Shown here in pieces: positions 12,596-24,636 of a stretch of DNA of 64,000 bases. The DNA comes from Prorocentrum cordatum. Taxonomy: Eukaryota. The stretch lies in assembly GCA_963575745.1 (NCBI GenBank), contig CAUYUJ010000173.1:1-64000 (forward strand), given 5' to 3'. How positions within the stretch are numbered: the stretch's first letter is position 1; every line of letters starts with the position of its first letter. Under the pieces are notes generated by a model. The model was given only the letters and a program-made list of their open reading frames with translations, was not told the origin of the DNA and did no database searches. The position numbers and the translations under genes were made by a program.

Positions 12596-13169
12596 GGCAG
12601 AGCCCCAAGAGAGGCCCAAGAGGGGCCCAAGATGGCCACAAGAGCGCCCAAGAGTGCACCAAGAGCGCCCCAAGAGGGTCCCAACAGGCGGCTTTGAGGG
12701 CCCCGACGGGGGTGCCCCCTCTTTCAATCGATGGCCTCAAGGATGGCCCCAAGAGGGCCCCAAAGCCCCCCAAGAGAGCCCCAAGAGAGCCCCAAAAGGG
12801 GGCCCCAAGAGAATCTGAAGGGCCTCCAAAAAGGCCCCAAGAGGCCCAGACAGGGCCCGAAGAGTGTGACCGCATGCTACTACTCGTCCCTGGTCAGGGC
12901 AGCTCCCCTGGTGGTTTTGGCTCAGCAGCGCCCGTGCAGCCCCCCCACCCTGCCCCCGGCCGCGCCCGAGAGCGAAACCACTCTTCGCCCCCATCCCCAC
13001 GCCGCCCCCCGTAGAACGGGGAAAGCGCAGCGCTGCGCGGCCGCCCGTTTTGCCGCGCGCGCGGATCCAACGCTCCAACAGGACCCGGCCCTCATCACCC
13101 CTCCTCCTCCCCCTCCTTCCTCGTCCGCACTCTCTGCCCCTGCCCCCATGCAGGTCGGCACGCACCCCG

Positions 13170-13625
13170 CACGCGCCGTGGGCCCACGGGGAGCTCCACC
13201 GGAGGCCCCGGGTGGCGGGGCTCGCCTGCGGAGCCCGCCCCCACTTCGGCACGCCCCTTCCACGGACCGTGGCCCCGCAGGGAGCTCCTCCGAAAGGCAC
13301 CACTAGCAGAGCTCGCATGCGGTACCCGCCTCCGTGTCGGCACACCCCTCACACGCGCCGTGGCCACAGAGGGAGCTCCCGGGAAGGTCCCAGTGGCACC
13401 GCTCGCATGCGTCCCCGCCACCAATTCTGGCACACCCGTCACAAGCTTCGTGGTCCCACATGGAGCTCCACAGAAGGCCCCAGTGGCAGGGCTCGCATGC
13501 GCAACCCGCCCCCATTCTGGCACACTCCTCACCCGTTTCGTGGCCCCACAGAGAGCTCCACCGCAGGCCCCAATGGCAGGGCTTGTATGCGGTACCCACC
13601 TCCATATCGGCACACCCCATCACAC
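13170..13625. repeat. Diverged tandem repeats of about 88 bp, same family
   Basis: GTGGCCCC...GAGCTCCACCGAAGG...CGCATGCG recurrences. Confidence 0.8.
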
Positions 13626-14654
13626 GTGTTTAGCTGGAGTTCCCCGTCCTGTATCCCGCCTGACATACGGTACCCACGCCTGCATCTGCTTGGGTCCTTC
13701 GCCCTGATACTTGGGTGGGCTGGTGGGAAACGCGGCGCGTCAAGAATTTGGAAAAGGATGAAGGATGCGGAGGGAATGGTGGAGGGGAGGAGAGGAACAA
13801 CAGCGACCGCATCAGGGGAAAATCATCATGCCCCGAATGCTCATCATAAATCCCACCGGCCCTTGAGGGCGTAGGTGGTCTAGAGGCTTTCCTCTCCCTT
13901 CGGGAGGGGGCTACCCCTCCCCCCCACCCCTGCCCCTGGACCTAGACGGGGGCGGTCGCGAGCGGTCAGAGCGTGCAGGACGGCCCAAGACGGCTCCAGA
14001 GGGCCTCTGAGAGCCCAAGGTGACCTCCAAGATGGCCCAAGATAGCCCGAGATACCTCAAGATGGCTTCCAAGATGCCCCAAGAAAATCTAAGAAGAAGG
14101 TTCCAAGACGGCTACAAGAGGCATCCGAGACATCCAAGGAGGCCTTCAAGACGCCAAAATCCGTCCAAAACCTAGGGAAAAGCAGTGATGTGTGCCTTCT
14201 CGCCTTTTTTTGCTTCCGATGGCCATCCGAGGCCTCAAGATGGCTCCAAGATGGCCCGCGAGGGCCCCTAGAGGGGCCCAAGAGAGCCTCAAGACGGCCC
14301 CAAGAGCGCCCAAGAGCGCTCTAAGAGCGCCCCAAGAGCGCCCCAAAAGGCGACTTGTGGGGCTATCGAAGGGCAACGCTAATGGAGAACCCCCCTTCTT
14401 TGATCGATATCCTCCAGGATGGCCCCAAGAGAGTGTCCAAAGCTCACAATCCCAAGAGCGCCCCAAGAGGGCCCCAAAAGGGGCCCAGACGGCCCAAGAG
14501 GCGCCCAAGAGGCCTCCAAGAGGCTCCCAAGAGGCCCCCAAGAGGCCCCCCCAAGGCACCCAAGACGCCCAAGAGCCCCCAGGACCGCCAAGAGACCCCC
14601 AAGACATCCCAAGAGGCCTCCGAGAGGCATCCAAGAGACCTCTGGCCCTTCTGC

Positions 14655-15190
14655 TTGTCCTCATCCTCCTTTTGTTTTTCCTCCTCCTTCTCCTCCTCCT
14701 CCTCCTTCCCTACTCTCCTCCTCCTCCTCCCTCCTCCTCCCGCCTCCCCTTTCCTCCTCCTCCTCCTCCTCCTCTCCTCCTCCTCCTCCTCCTCCTCCTC
14801 TCCTCCTCCTCCTCCTCCTCCTCCTCCTCCTCCTCCTCCTCCTCCTCCTCCTCCTTCCTCCTCCTCCTCCTCCTCCTCCTCCTCCTCCTCTCTCCTTCCT
14901 CCTCCTCCTCCTCCTCCTCCTCCTCTCTCTCCTCCTCCCCTCCTCCTCCTCCTCCGCCTCCTCCTCCTCTCTCTCCTCCTCCTCCTCCTCCTCTCTCCTC
15001 CTCTCCTCCTCCTCCTCCTCCTCTCCTCCCTCCTCCTCCTCCTCCTCCTCCTCCTCCTCCTCCTCCTCCTCCTCCTCCCCTCCTCCTCCTCCTCCTCCTC
15101 CTCTTCCTCCCTCCTCCTCCTCCTCCTCCTCCTCCTCCTCCGCCTCCTCCTCCTCCTCCTCCTCCTCCTCCTCCTCCTCCTCCTCCTCCT
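14655..15190. repeat. (CCT)n microsatellite
   Basis: Direct. Confidence 0.95.
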
Positions 15191-16859
15191 AGTCATATTC
15201 ATTATTCACACTTCCTCGTCCATCCATCCAGCTTCCTCCTTTTCCTGCCTCCATCGCACGGTTCGGCCGCCCCCCTCTTTGCTCCCGCACTTTCCTGATC
15301 ACCTCAACTCGCCTGGACATCGTGTCTGGATGGGCTGGCGGGGATACTTTTTGGTCAACGGCCTCGTGAAGCGTGTCAAAAGGCGTCCAAACTCTAGCCA
15401 GGCCACGACTAGCCGGGCCACGTTGGTGGGGATACTTTTTTGGTCGCGGCCGCGAGCGAAAAGCACACGCGGCGAAAGCAAATGTCCGGGGCAGCGAACA
15501 AGGCTGATTAGCGACAAAACGCGCCGCTAGCCGGCCGGCCCACTCACCAAGCAGCCGCGGGGCTGTGCGGGAAGCTGACGGCTGGGGGCATCCTGGGAAG
15601 CTCGGGCACGTGCAGTCTGACAAGCTGGTGGGGATATTTTTTGGGGGTCGGCTGCCGCGCGACAACGGTCTGGCGGCGAGAAGCAATGTCCGGGGCGGGC
15701 GGCACAAAGCTAATTGCACAACATGCGTGCAGTTGCACACGCACTGAACAAAATGCTCTGCATGCACCAGCAGACGCACCTGGGCGCCGCCCAGTAAACC
15801 AAAGTGTACAAGCGGACACGGGTGCGAGTGCAACGAAAAGAGTCGCCCTTACGGCGCCAAACTCCAAGCAGCCGACCCGGTTAGCAACGAAGCACGAGCC
15901 CGGGAGCAGGCTGCTGGCGGTGGAAAACTAGGACAAAAGGCGCGGAAAGCTGAACCACTCAGCGCGCAGCCCTCGAACTCCACCGCAGAGTTGGAGGGCC
16001 GGCGGCACCCATCGCATCGAGACCGGCGCCTGCGCGAAGGCCCGGGGATGGTTGCGACGATGCGTAAAACGCGGGCTGAACCAGGCTGCAACACCCAAAG
16101 CGAGGCATTCAGGCACACAACCCCCAGTGTCGGTGGACACCAGCGACTGCCCGAGCACCACAGTGCCGTCCTTCTGCGAAGAGGCCCACCGATGCCAGCC
16201 GCAGACAGCGCAGATGGTCGGCCCGCGGGGGGGAGACCTCCGAGCTGCCTGTCCGTCGGGTTCACCGCTCTGGCCTCCGCAGCCGCCGCGGGCGAACCCG
16301 TGAGGCACAGTGGGGGACACCCACCGGGCCACGCGGGAGGCGCGCCGTCCCTCACCGCGGCCAGCCTGCAGCAGCGCCGGGGCGTCCCTTGTCACCTGGT
16401 TGTCCAGTAGTGGATGCCACCCTCAGAGTGCACCTTGCAGTGGAGAAGGGGGGCGCAGCTAACCGCCGCAAGATACACGTAACTTGATAGCAGCTGCACG
16501 CCGAGAACATCTGCACATGTGGGGGGGTGCAGCTAACCGCCGCAGAAGACACTTACATCGAGGGGAGGTGGCAGAACACGCCGATGCGGTCCGAGCTGGA
16601 GTGTGCCAGCGTCGGACGCGCCTCATGGGGGGGTTCATGCGCCGCAGCCTTACGCAACATAGCTGGAGCTGCAGACTGCCTAAGTACCGGCTGAGCGGCG
16701 TGCTGGGGGGCGACTATTTCAGACGACAGACCCCTGCCACCGAAAACGGGCGGCTGTCAAGCTGGACAGCAAAGGAGGGGTGCGCTGGGGGGATCCATCT
16801 GCGGCCGTCCCCTTGGCTGGTGGGGATACGCGAAGCGTCTGGAATCTGCGAGTGGCCAT

Positions 16860-16901
16860 CACAATAATTATCATCAGCAGCAGCATCATCATCAGCAGCA
16901 G

Positions 16902-16965
<64 letters not shown>

Positions 16966-17026
16966 GTCATCGTCATCGTCAGCATCATCAGCATGAGTAG
17001 CATCGTCAACAGCGGGAGCAACATCG

Positions 17027-17068
<42 letters not shown>

Positions 17069-17952
17069 GCATCATCATCCTCATCAGTATCGTCGTCATC
17101 ATCATCCGAATCATCATCAGCATCGTCATCGTCATGGTCATCATCATCAGCATCATCATGGGTACCATCGTCGCCGTGGTCGTCGTCATCATCATCCTCA
17201 CCCGAATCACCATCATCATCGTCATCATCAGCAACATCATCAGCAACATCATCCCAATCATCATCAGCATCAGCATCATCATCATCCTGATCGTCATCAT
17301 CATCACCATCACCACCAGCATCCTCATCTTTATCATCAGCATCACCCTCATCCTCATCCTCATCCTCATCCTCGTCGTCGTCGTCGTTGTGGTTCTCGTC
17401 CTCGCCCTGGTCCTGTCCTCGTGATCGTTATTGTCCTCGTCCTAGTCCTCAACATCATCGTTGTCCGCATCGTCATAATGATCAACATCATCGCCACCGT
17501 GTCACCACCATCATCAACAGTCGCACCATCCGTGTCATCATCATCAACATCATCAGCAGCATCGCCAAAGTCATCATGAACAGCATTACCAGCATCGTCA
17601 TCAGAATCATCATGGTCATCATCATTGTCAGCATCATCATCATCAGCAGCATATTCATCAGCGTCATCAGCATCATCATCATCAACGTCATCAGCATCGT
17701 CATCATTCATCATCATCATCATCATCAACCTCATCAGAAGCATCACCATCATCAACAGCAGCACCATCATCAGCCGCAGCAGCATTATCGTCATCATCAT
17801 CACCAACATGATCATCAACCTCATGAACCTGATCCTCCTCATAATCATCATCCGCAGCAGCATCAGCATCGTAATCATCATCAGCCTCGTAATCATCAGA
17901 ATCACCATCATCATCAGCCTCATCATCATCAGCAGCGTCATCATCAGCATCG

Positions 17953-18006
<54 letters not shown>

Positions 18007-18094
18007 GCATCATCATCATCCATCGTTCATCGTTAATCGTTTATCGTTCATCGTTCGGCGTCGTCAGCCTCATCATCATCATCATCACCACCAC

Positions 18095-18126
<32 letters not shown>

Positions 18127-18845
18127 GCATCAGCAGATTCATCATCATCAGCATCATCAGCAGCATCATCATTATCATCGCCAATGTCTCGTCATCAACG
18201 TCATTATCACCAGCAGCAGCAATCAACACGGGTGTCATCATGACTGCCTTCCCCCGAACACGCCGCGTCGCCCAACAGCCTTTGCAGGGGCGGAGCAAGC
18301 GCGGGAGGTGAACCGAATGCCACACGGCCGGAGAACGAGAATGAGAGAAAACCGGGAGGGGGAGGGCAGCGCGAGAAGGGGCGGTGGAGGATGGAAGTAG
18401 GAGGAGGAGTAGGAGGAGGAGGCGGGGGAGGAGAAGCAGGAGGAGGAGGAAGAGGAGGAGGAGGAGGAGGAGGAGGAGAAGAAGGCGGGGGGGGAGGAGG
18501 AGGAGGAGGGGGAGGAGGAGGAGGAGGAGAGGAGGAGGAGGAAGGAGGAGGAAGGAGGAGGAGGAGGAGGGAGGAGGAGGAGGTGAGAAGGAAGGAGGAG
18601 GAGGAGGAGGGGGAGGAGGCGGGGGAGGAGGAGCAGGAGGAGGAGCAGGAGGAGAAGGAGGAGGAGGAGGAGGGGGAGGGGGAGAAGGAGGAGGAGGAGA
18701 AAACAATGGAATGGAGGAAAAGGAAACGAACCAGGAGTGGGATTGTGCGGAGAGGAGAAGAAGGAGAGGAGGGAGAGGGGGGAAGGAGGAAAAGGAGCGG
18801 TAGGAGGAGGAGAAGGAGGCGGAGGATAGGAGGGAGCGGGAGAGG
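16860..18845. repeat. Degenerate (CAT)n (16860-18240) then (GAG)n (18390-18845)
   Basis: Direct. Confidence 0.95.
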
Positions 18846-19127
18846 GAAGCAAGGGAATTGCGTAATAACCACCGAACGTCTCGATGCTCAACTCTAGAAG
18901 ATCCGCACAAAATCAGACCTTGTGGGCCCTTCTATGGGTCCCCTCCGACCGCTTTTCCGGGGCGCGTCCTACGCGGCAGCGAAAACCTCCAGAAACACCC
19001 CAAAACCCTCGAACCGCCGAACAAACGAACGAACAAACGACGAACAAACGACGACGCCGACGGCGGCGGCGGCGGCGGTGACAGCGCCGGCCACTCGGGG
19101 CGGGGCGCGCGCGGGGTGGGGGCGGTC

Positions 19128-19202
19128 GTGCTCGGAGCGCTGGCCGCTGACGACTGCCACCAAGGCGTGCGCCACGGGCAGGACCCACTGGTCCACGACG
19201 CC
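19128..19202 (-). CDS. Channel gene exon E9: VSD2 S3b and loop, GVVDQWVLPVAHALVAVVSGQRSEH
   Basis: GAG|G acceptor, GA donor (alternative end 19134); GVVDQWVLP parallels GALEQWLMP in VSD1. Confidence 0.85.
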
Positions 19203-19529
19203 CTCGCACACGATAAGCCGCTCGCCAGCATCAAAGGCGCCCAGCGGCACACAAATGAATAGACCCAAATCCCAGCATTCCCCATAGTTCCACATAGTGT
19301 CTCGAATGTCGTCTTCCCCCCTCCTCTTCCCATCTCTTTTCCCGCAACTTTCTGGAGATCTGCGTCTGTTGGTGTCTGTTTTTTGTCTGTCCCTCCCGAA
19401 GCAATGGCCGTGCAGAGGCTGCGGGACCATCAGGCTGCGAGGATTGAGTTCGCTGCTCCCTGCACCAGTTCCAGTTTCGAGTTCCCAATGTTGCAGTATC
19501 GCTTTCTACTTCTTGCTGAAAAGTATTAC

Positions 19530-20227
19530 TGACCGCGCGAGGGGGGGAGCCGAAAACCGCCCGGCTAGCGTCCCCGAATCGCGTTGTCTGAATTTCTGGG
19601 AGGCGTGGGACACGTATAAATACACTAGATTCGCGCTCCCAACACAATATCCCCTTACACTGTATTCGCGCCCCCGAGGCCAAGATCCCCCGCAAATTAC
19701 ACTGTATTCGCGCCCCCGAGGCCACCATCCTTTACAAAATACATTATACTCACGCTCCTGAGGCCACGATCCCCCGCACATGACACCATATTATCGCCTC
19801 AGGGGCCACGATCCTGCGTAAATTACGCCACCGTCGCCCCCCCGAGGCTACGATCCCTTGTAAATTACACCACACTCGCGCCCCCGAGGCCACGATCGCC
19901 TGCAAATTACACCACATTCGCACCCCCGATGCCATATTCGCGCCCTCGAAGCCGCGATCCCTTGTAAATCGCTCCACACTCGCGCCACCGAGGCCACGAT
20001 CTCCTACAAGAGGCCCCAAGAGGCGCCCAAGACGCGCCCAAGAGGCCTCCAAGAAGCCCAAAAGATACCCCACGAGGCCCCAAGGGGCCCCCAAGAGGCC
20101 CCCAAGAGGCGCCCAAACCGCCTCCAAGAGGCCCCCAAGAGGGTCCCCACGACACCCCAACACATACAAGAGGCCTCAGACCCACAACCCAGGCTCGGTG
20201 GCGGGATGGGCCGAAGACCACTAGGAT
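19530..20227. repeat. Dispersed element with tandem units of about 50 bp; inverted copy at about 31255-32000
   Basis: TATTCGCGCCCCCGAGGCCACGATCCC...AAATTACAC units followed by a CCAAGAG-rich tract. Confidence 0.8.
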
Positions 20228-21286
20228 CCGCCGCCCCCTGTCGATTCATTACAAGGGTGCCCAGCGTGCTAGACCCTTTCGGCTTTGTTTTGGTTCTCTT
20301 CCCGAAAGAACTCCCCCTGGGACTTCGGCCCGTCACACCCGCAAAGATCTTCCAGATTGCCCAGAGGTGGTTGCCAACGGTTTTCCTGCTCCAGACGGGT
20401 CCAAGACGGCCCAAGATGGCCTCCAAGACGCCTCCAAGACGGCCAACATGGCCTCCAAGACGGCTCAGATGGCCCCAAGATGCCTCCAAGATGGCCCAAG
20501 ATGCCTCCAAGACGGCCTAAGATAGCCCCAAGATGGCTCAAGACGGCCCAAGAGGCCCCCAAGAGCCCACCAAGACGCCCCCAAGAGGTCCTCAAGGAAA
20601 GCCTGAAGAGGCCAAAATCATAGGTGTTCCCTGGGTGTTTGAAGGATTTTGGCATTTGCTTCTTTTCGGCCTTCCGAAGAACTCAAGACGGCCCAAGAGG
20701 CTCCCAAGATCGCCCCAAAATCGCCCACGAGGCCTGCAAGATGGCCCCATGACGGCCCAAGAGGCTCCCAAGACGGCCCCAAGGGGGCTCAAGACGGCCC
20801 AAGAGGCCTCCAAGACGGCTAAGCTGGCCTCCAAGATGGACCCGAAGCGCCCCAAGAGAGCCCCAAGTCGGTTCAGGGAGGCCCCCAAAACGGCTCCCGA
20901 CGGCGTCAGACGGGCCAGGAGCGCCATAAGACGGCCAAAGATGCCCCCGAGAAGCCCCAAAATGACCCCATGAGGCCCTCAAGAGGCCCCATAAGAGCCC
21001 AAGATAGCCCCAGCATGGGCTCCAAGACGGTCCCAAGATGGCCCAAATCGAGCCAGAAAGTGCCTCAAGAGGCTCCGAAGAGCCGAAGACGCATCCTTTC
21101 CCTTTTCCTTTGTCCTCATACTCCTCCTCCTCCCCTTCTCCCCCCCCCGTTCCCCGAAACCTTTTCCAAACCGACTCGGGGAACACGTGGTCCGATAGCT
21201 TGGCCAAGCTCTAGCCCAGCTGTTGGGCACATAAGCGTTTCCACAAGGGCAGGGGGCGGCGGTGATGTGCCGTAGGCGTCTACGAT
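20228..21286 (+). mobile_element. CCAAG-rich non-autonomous element with a subterminal inverted repeat and 3' mini-hairpin (Helentron/DINE-like)
   Basis: Starts CCGCCGCCCCC and ends GGGGGCGGCGG...GCC-GTA-GGC...GAT; abutted head-to-tail by relatives on both sides. Confidence 0.55.
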
Positions 21287-22366
21287 CCGCCGCCCCCTTG
21301 TTGATTTATCACAGGGGTGCCTGGCGTACTAGATCCTAGACGGCGTTGGTTCTTTTAGAAAACTCACTGGGGTTTCGGCCGGTCCCCGGAAGAAAAAGGA
21401 ATGGAGAAGGAGGAGGAGGACGAGGAGGAAGAAAAGGAGGCAGAGGAGGAGGAAGAGGAGGAGAAGGAGGAAGAGGAGGAGGGGGTGGAGGAGGAGGAGG
21501 CCAAGGCGGGAGAGAAGGCAGGATCGGCGGCGAGCGACGGGGGAGAGGCGAAGGAGAAGGCCGACGTCTGAGAAGGCGGCGGAGCTTCCCAGAAACCCTC
21601 GCGCCTTCCGAGAGGCGTTCCGCGCCTTCGGGGAGGAGCCCGGGACAATTTTCGAAAGGCCTTGGGAATTCCGAGCCTTCTGAAAAGACCTTCTCCTTCT
21701 CGCCCCCCCCCGGGCTCGCCGCCGAGGGATGGCTCGGAGGCCCGATCGCGCGCCCCTCCGAAGAGGACAACGGCGCCCACGCCGTCGAGCCGGGCGCGCC
21801 CCCCCAAGGGCAGGCCGCACACCGCGGCGCCGGTCTCTTCATCGCGCAGGCTCAGGCGAACCCCAAGCGCGCACGCGCGCACACGGCGCGGCGCCACGCG
21901 GCGCAGCGCGGCACGGCCCGAGACGCGGCGGCACGGGACGGCGCGCGCACGCACGGCGTGGCGCGCGCACGAGCAAGGCACGGCACGGCGAAGCACGGCA
22001 TGCGGCACGACACGGCACCGGCCTCAGCGCGCATTGTGGAATGAGGGGGGGGGGGGGGCGCGAAAGGAGGCGGCCCGAGCGGCCTCCTGGTCGGCCGCGC
22101 GGGCGAAGAATTCGCACCGGCGCGTCTCGCGCGCGGAATTCAGCGCCTCCGCGCCCTGGCGCCGACGCCAACGACGAGGCCACCGACGGCGACGGCGTCG
22201 GTGGCGGCAGCGACGCCGCCGCTTCCGACGACGACGATCGACGGCGACACCGACGCCGACGGCGGCGGACCAGTGAGGGGGGGGGTGCGCCTCGGTCGCC
22301 TTCGCCGCCGCTGTTCTGCACGTGCGTTCGGTCGTCGCGACTCGGTCGTCGTCGTCGTCGTCGCGC

Positions 22367-23070
22367 CTGCTCGTTCAAGACGTGGAGATGGCACTCGACG
22401 AGGACCGCCAGGCTTTCGCTGACCCACTTCAGCCAGGAGGACGAGGCCTTGATGATCTGCTCATGGGGGGGACCCACCGTCGCTCCTCCGCGCTCCACCC
22501 CCGCGCCATCCACCCACCCCCTTCCCCCCTTACCTGCGGCAAAGAACGGCACGGCGCGGCGCGCGACGACGCAGCGCGGCGCGGCGCGGCGCGGCACGGC
22601 ACTGCGCGAGCCCCCCCCCCAGCTCCTCGAAGAGCGCCACATGGAGCCTCTCTCCGTATGGATGCGGCCTGGCCAGGTACAGGGCCACTGCGAGCCTGCG
22701 GCCGCCGAGTTGGCCCACGGCCACCTCCTTCCCATCGAGGGTGAGGAGGGACGCGAGCTTCGGCAGCCCGTTGGCCCGAAGCTGGTCCTGCACGCGACCA
22801 ATGGCGAGCCCAGCCCTTACGCCCACACTGGGTCCACGGGGCGGCGGCTCAGGGCAGGGGCTCACATCGCTCGGGTGTTCCCGAACGAAGCTGCCCTCGC
22901 GCCTGGGCCCCGCACCACGATGGAACCCGTGCGGGGTTTACCCCCGCGGTGGGGAACCCTTCGTGCCAGAGCCCCGCGCTGCCCAACGGCGCATCGGCTG
23001 GGCGCTCGATGTTGAACTTTAGAAGCAGCACGGGGTGCCCCGCTCCATCCACGAGGACCCAGACCGGCAT
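22367..23070 (-). pseudogene. Nested multi-exon fragment of an unidentified protein gene (exons 23070-22993, 22787-22626, 22456-22367)
   Basis: Three stop-free, phase-0, GC3-rich blocks, each with a CAG acceptor and GC/GA donor, separated by short introns; splice to a 110-aa non-repetitive peptide. Confidence 0.55.
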
Positions 23071-24137
23071 CTGAGCCCATCGCGAAGTGATGGGGGGGGG
23101 CAAGCTGGGAATCCCGAAGCGTTTGACGAGAGTTCCTAACACCCCGTGCAGAAGCGAAACAAATTGTCCAACAAATGAATGTGATGTTCGAAACCCCAAA
23201 AAAGTGCTCAAGAATATTCAAAAAATCGTCCCCTCACACAATGTTTAGCTATGTTTGAATATTCCCCCTGCAGAAGGACACGCCCGACTTTTGATCCAGG
23301 GTGGGGAGCCCGCAGGAGGCCTCCTGGCGGCTGCCCTCGCCTCGGACTCCCCCTCTGCTCGGGCCTCCCGGGAGGCCCTCGTCGCCCACCGCTGGAGCCG
23401 CCCCGAAGGAATCCCGGTCAGAGCGCACCCAGGGCGAGGTCCGGGGAGTACTCCAGATTTCGTACTAAAAGGGAGGGGGTCTGGACTCTCCAGGACAAGC
23501 CATTTCAGACCCCCCCTCGTGGGAGAACCCTCCAAAACATCGTCCCCAGACCCCCCCAGGCCCTCCAAGATAGCTTGGAAGAGACCCCCCCCGAAATGAG
23601 ACCCCCCTCCCTTTATTACGAAATCTGGAGTATCGGTACCTTGCGGTTCTCCCCCAGCAGATGGGATCCGAGGATCGCGCCGCATCGTCGACGCATCGAC
23701 GCGGCGGTCATGCTAGAGAAACACAGCGGCGTAAACATAAACTGTCGGCGGTCCGCGTGGAACGCCAAAAAGTTTGCATGTATGCCGTTGTTCCTCTTCG
23801 ATATGTGGAGCCCGATTTCCTCCACGACGGCGTCACCTCGAAATGCTGGTTTTAGGTCGGGCATGTCCCCTTACAGGCTGATTTTGGGCGCGAGCATTTA
23901 TTTATTTCTCGAAAGAATCTACGGATACCCAAAACAGAGTCAAACAAATAGTGGAAAAATCGTCCCCTGGTGATTTTTTACTAGTTTGGAATATTCCTCC
24001 TGTAGAGGGACACGCCCGACTTAATGCTGGTCAGAGTGCGCCCTACGAGAAGTCCAGGGAGCAGCGGCACGTCGGTACCTCTTGGCGTCTTGCCCAGGGG
24101 CGGGGGGTGGGGAGGTTCGCCGCCGGGCTGGGGCAGC

Positions 24138-24324
24138 GATAGGGGGGGATGGGCACAGGGGGAATGCATCGATCTGGAATCAGCGATACATCGTCGATAG
24201 ATCGGCGATAGGCCCCCGATAGCAGCTCCGCACTTCCTGGGTTGGGTGGGGCTATCGGGTCCCTATCGGCGATCAATGGGCGATTAAGGATCGTTGCATC
24301 CCCCTATGCCTATCCCCCCCTTAT
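24138..24324. mobile_element. MITE-like inverted-repeat element
   Basis: GATAGGGGGGGATGGGCACAGGGGGAATGCA / TGCATCCCCTATGCCTATCCCCCCCTTATC. Confidence 0.55.
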
Positions 24325-24515
24325 CGTTGCCCCCGATTGAATAGAGTCGAGGTAGTTCCATCCAAGCGAGCCCACGAGCCCCCGAGATATTCCAAGAGGC
24401 CCAAGAGAGACATCCCAAGAGACTCTCGGATTCATCCAGAAGGCGCCTGACCCAAGATACAACTTCCACGATCGTCTCAACCACACTCACTACTTGTGGG
24501 GGTCGGCGGAACGGC

Positions 24516-24636
24516 ATAGGCCACTTGAATGAAGTCAAGGTAGTTCCATCCAAGCGTATCTCTGTCATAAAAGAACGCCAGGCCCTGAAACTTCAGTCTG
24601 CAGAGTATGTCAAACGTGTAGAAGGCAAGAAATCCG
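24516..24636 (-). CDS. Channel gene exon E8: VSD2 S2-S3, GFLAFYTFDILCRLKFQGLAFFYDRDTLGWNYLDFIQVAY
   Basis: 121 nt; CAG acceptor, TAT|GC donor; YTFD (S2) and WNYLD (S3) motifs. Confidence 0.92.
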
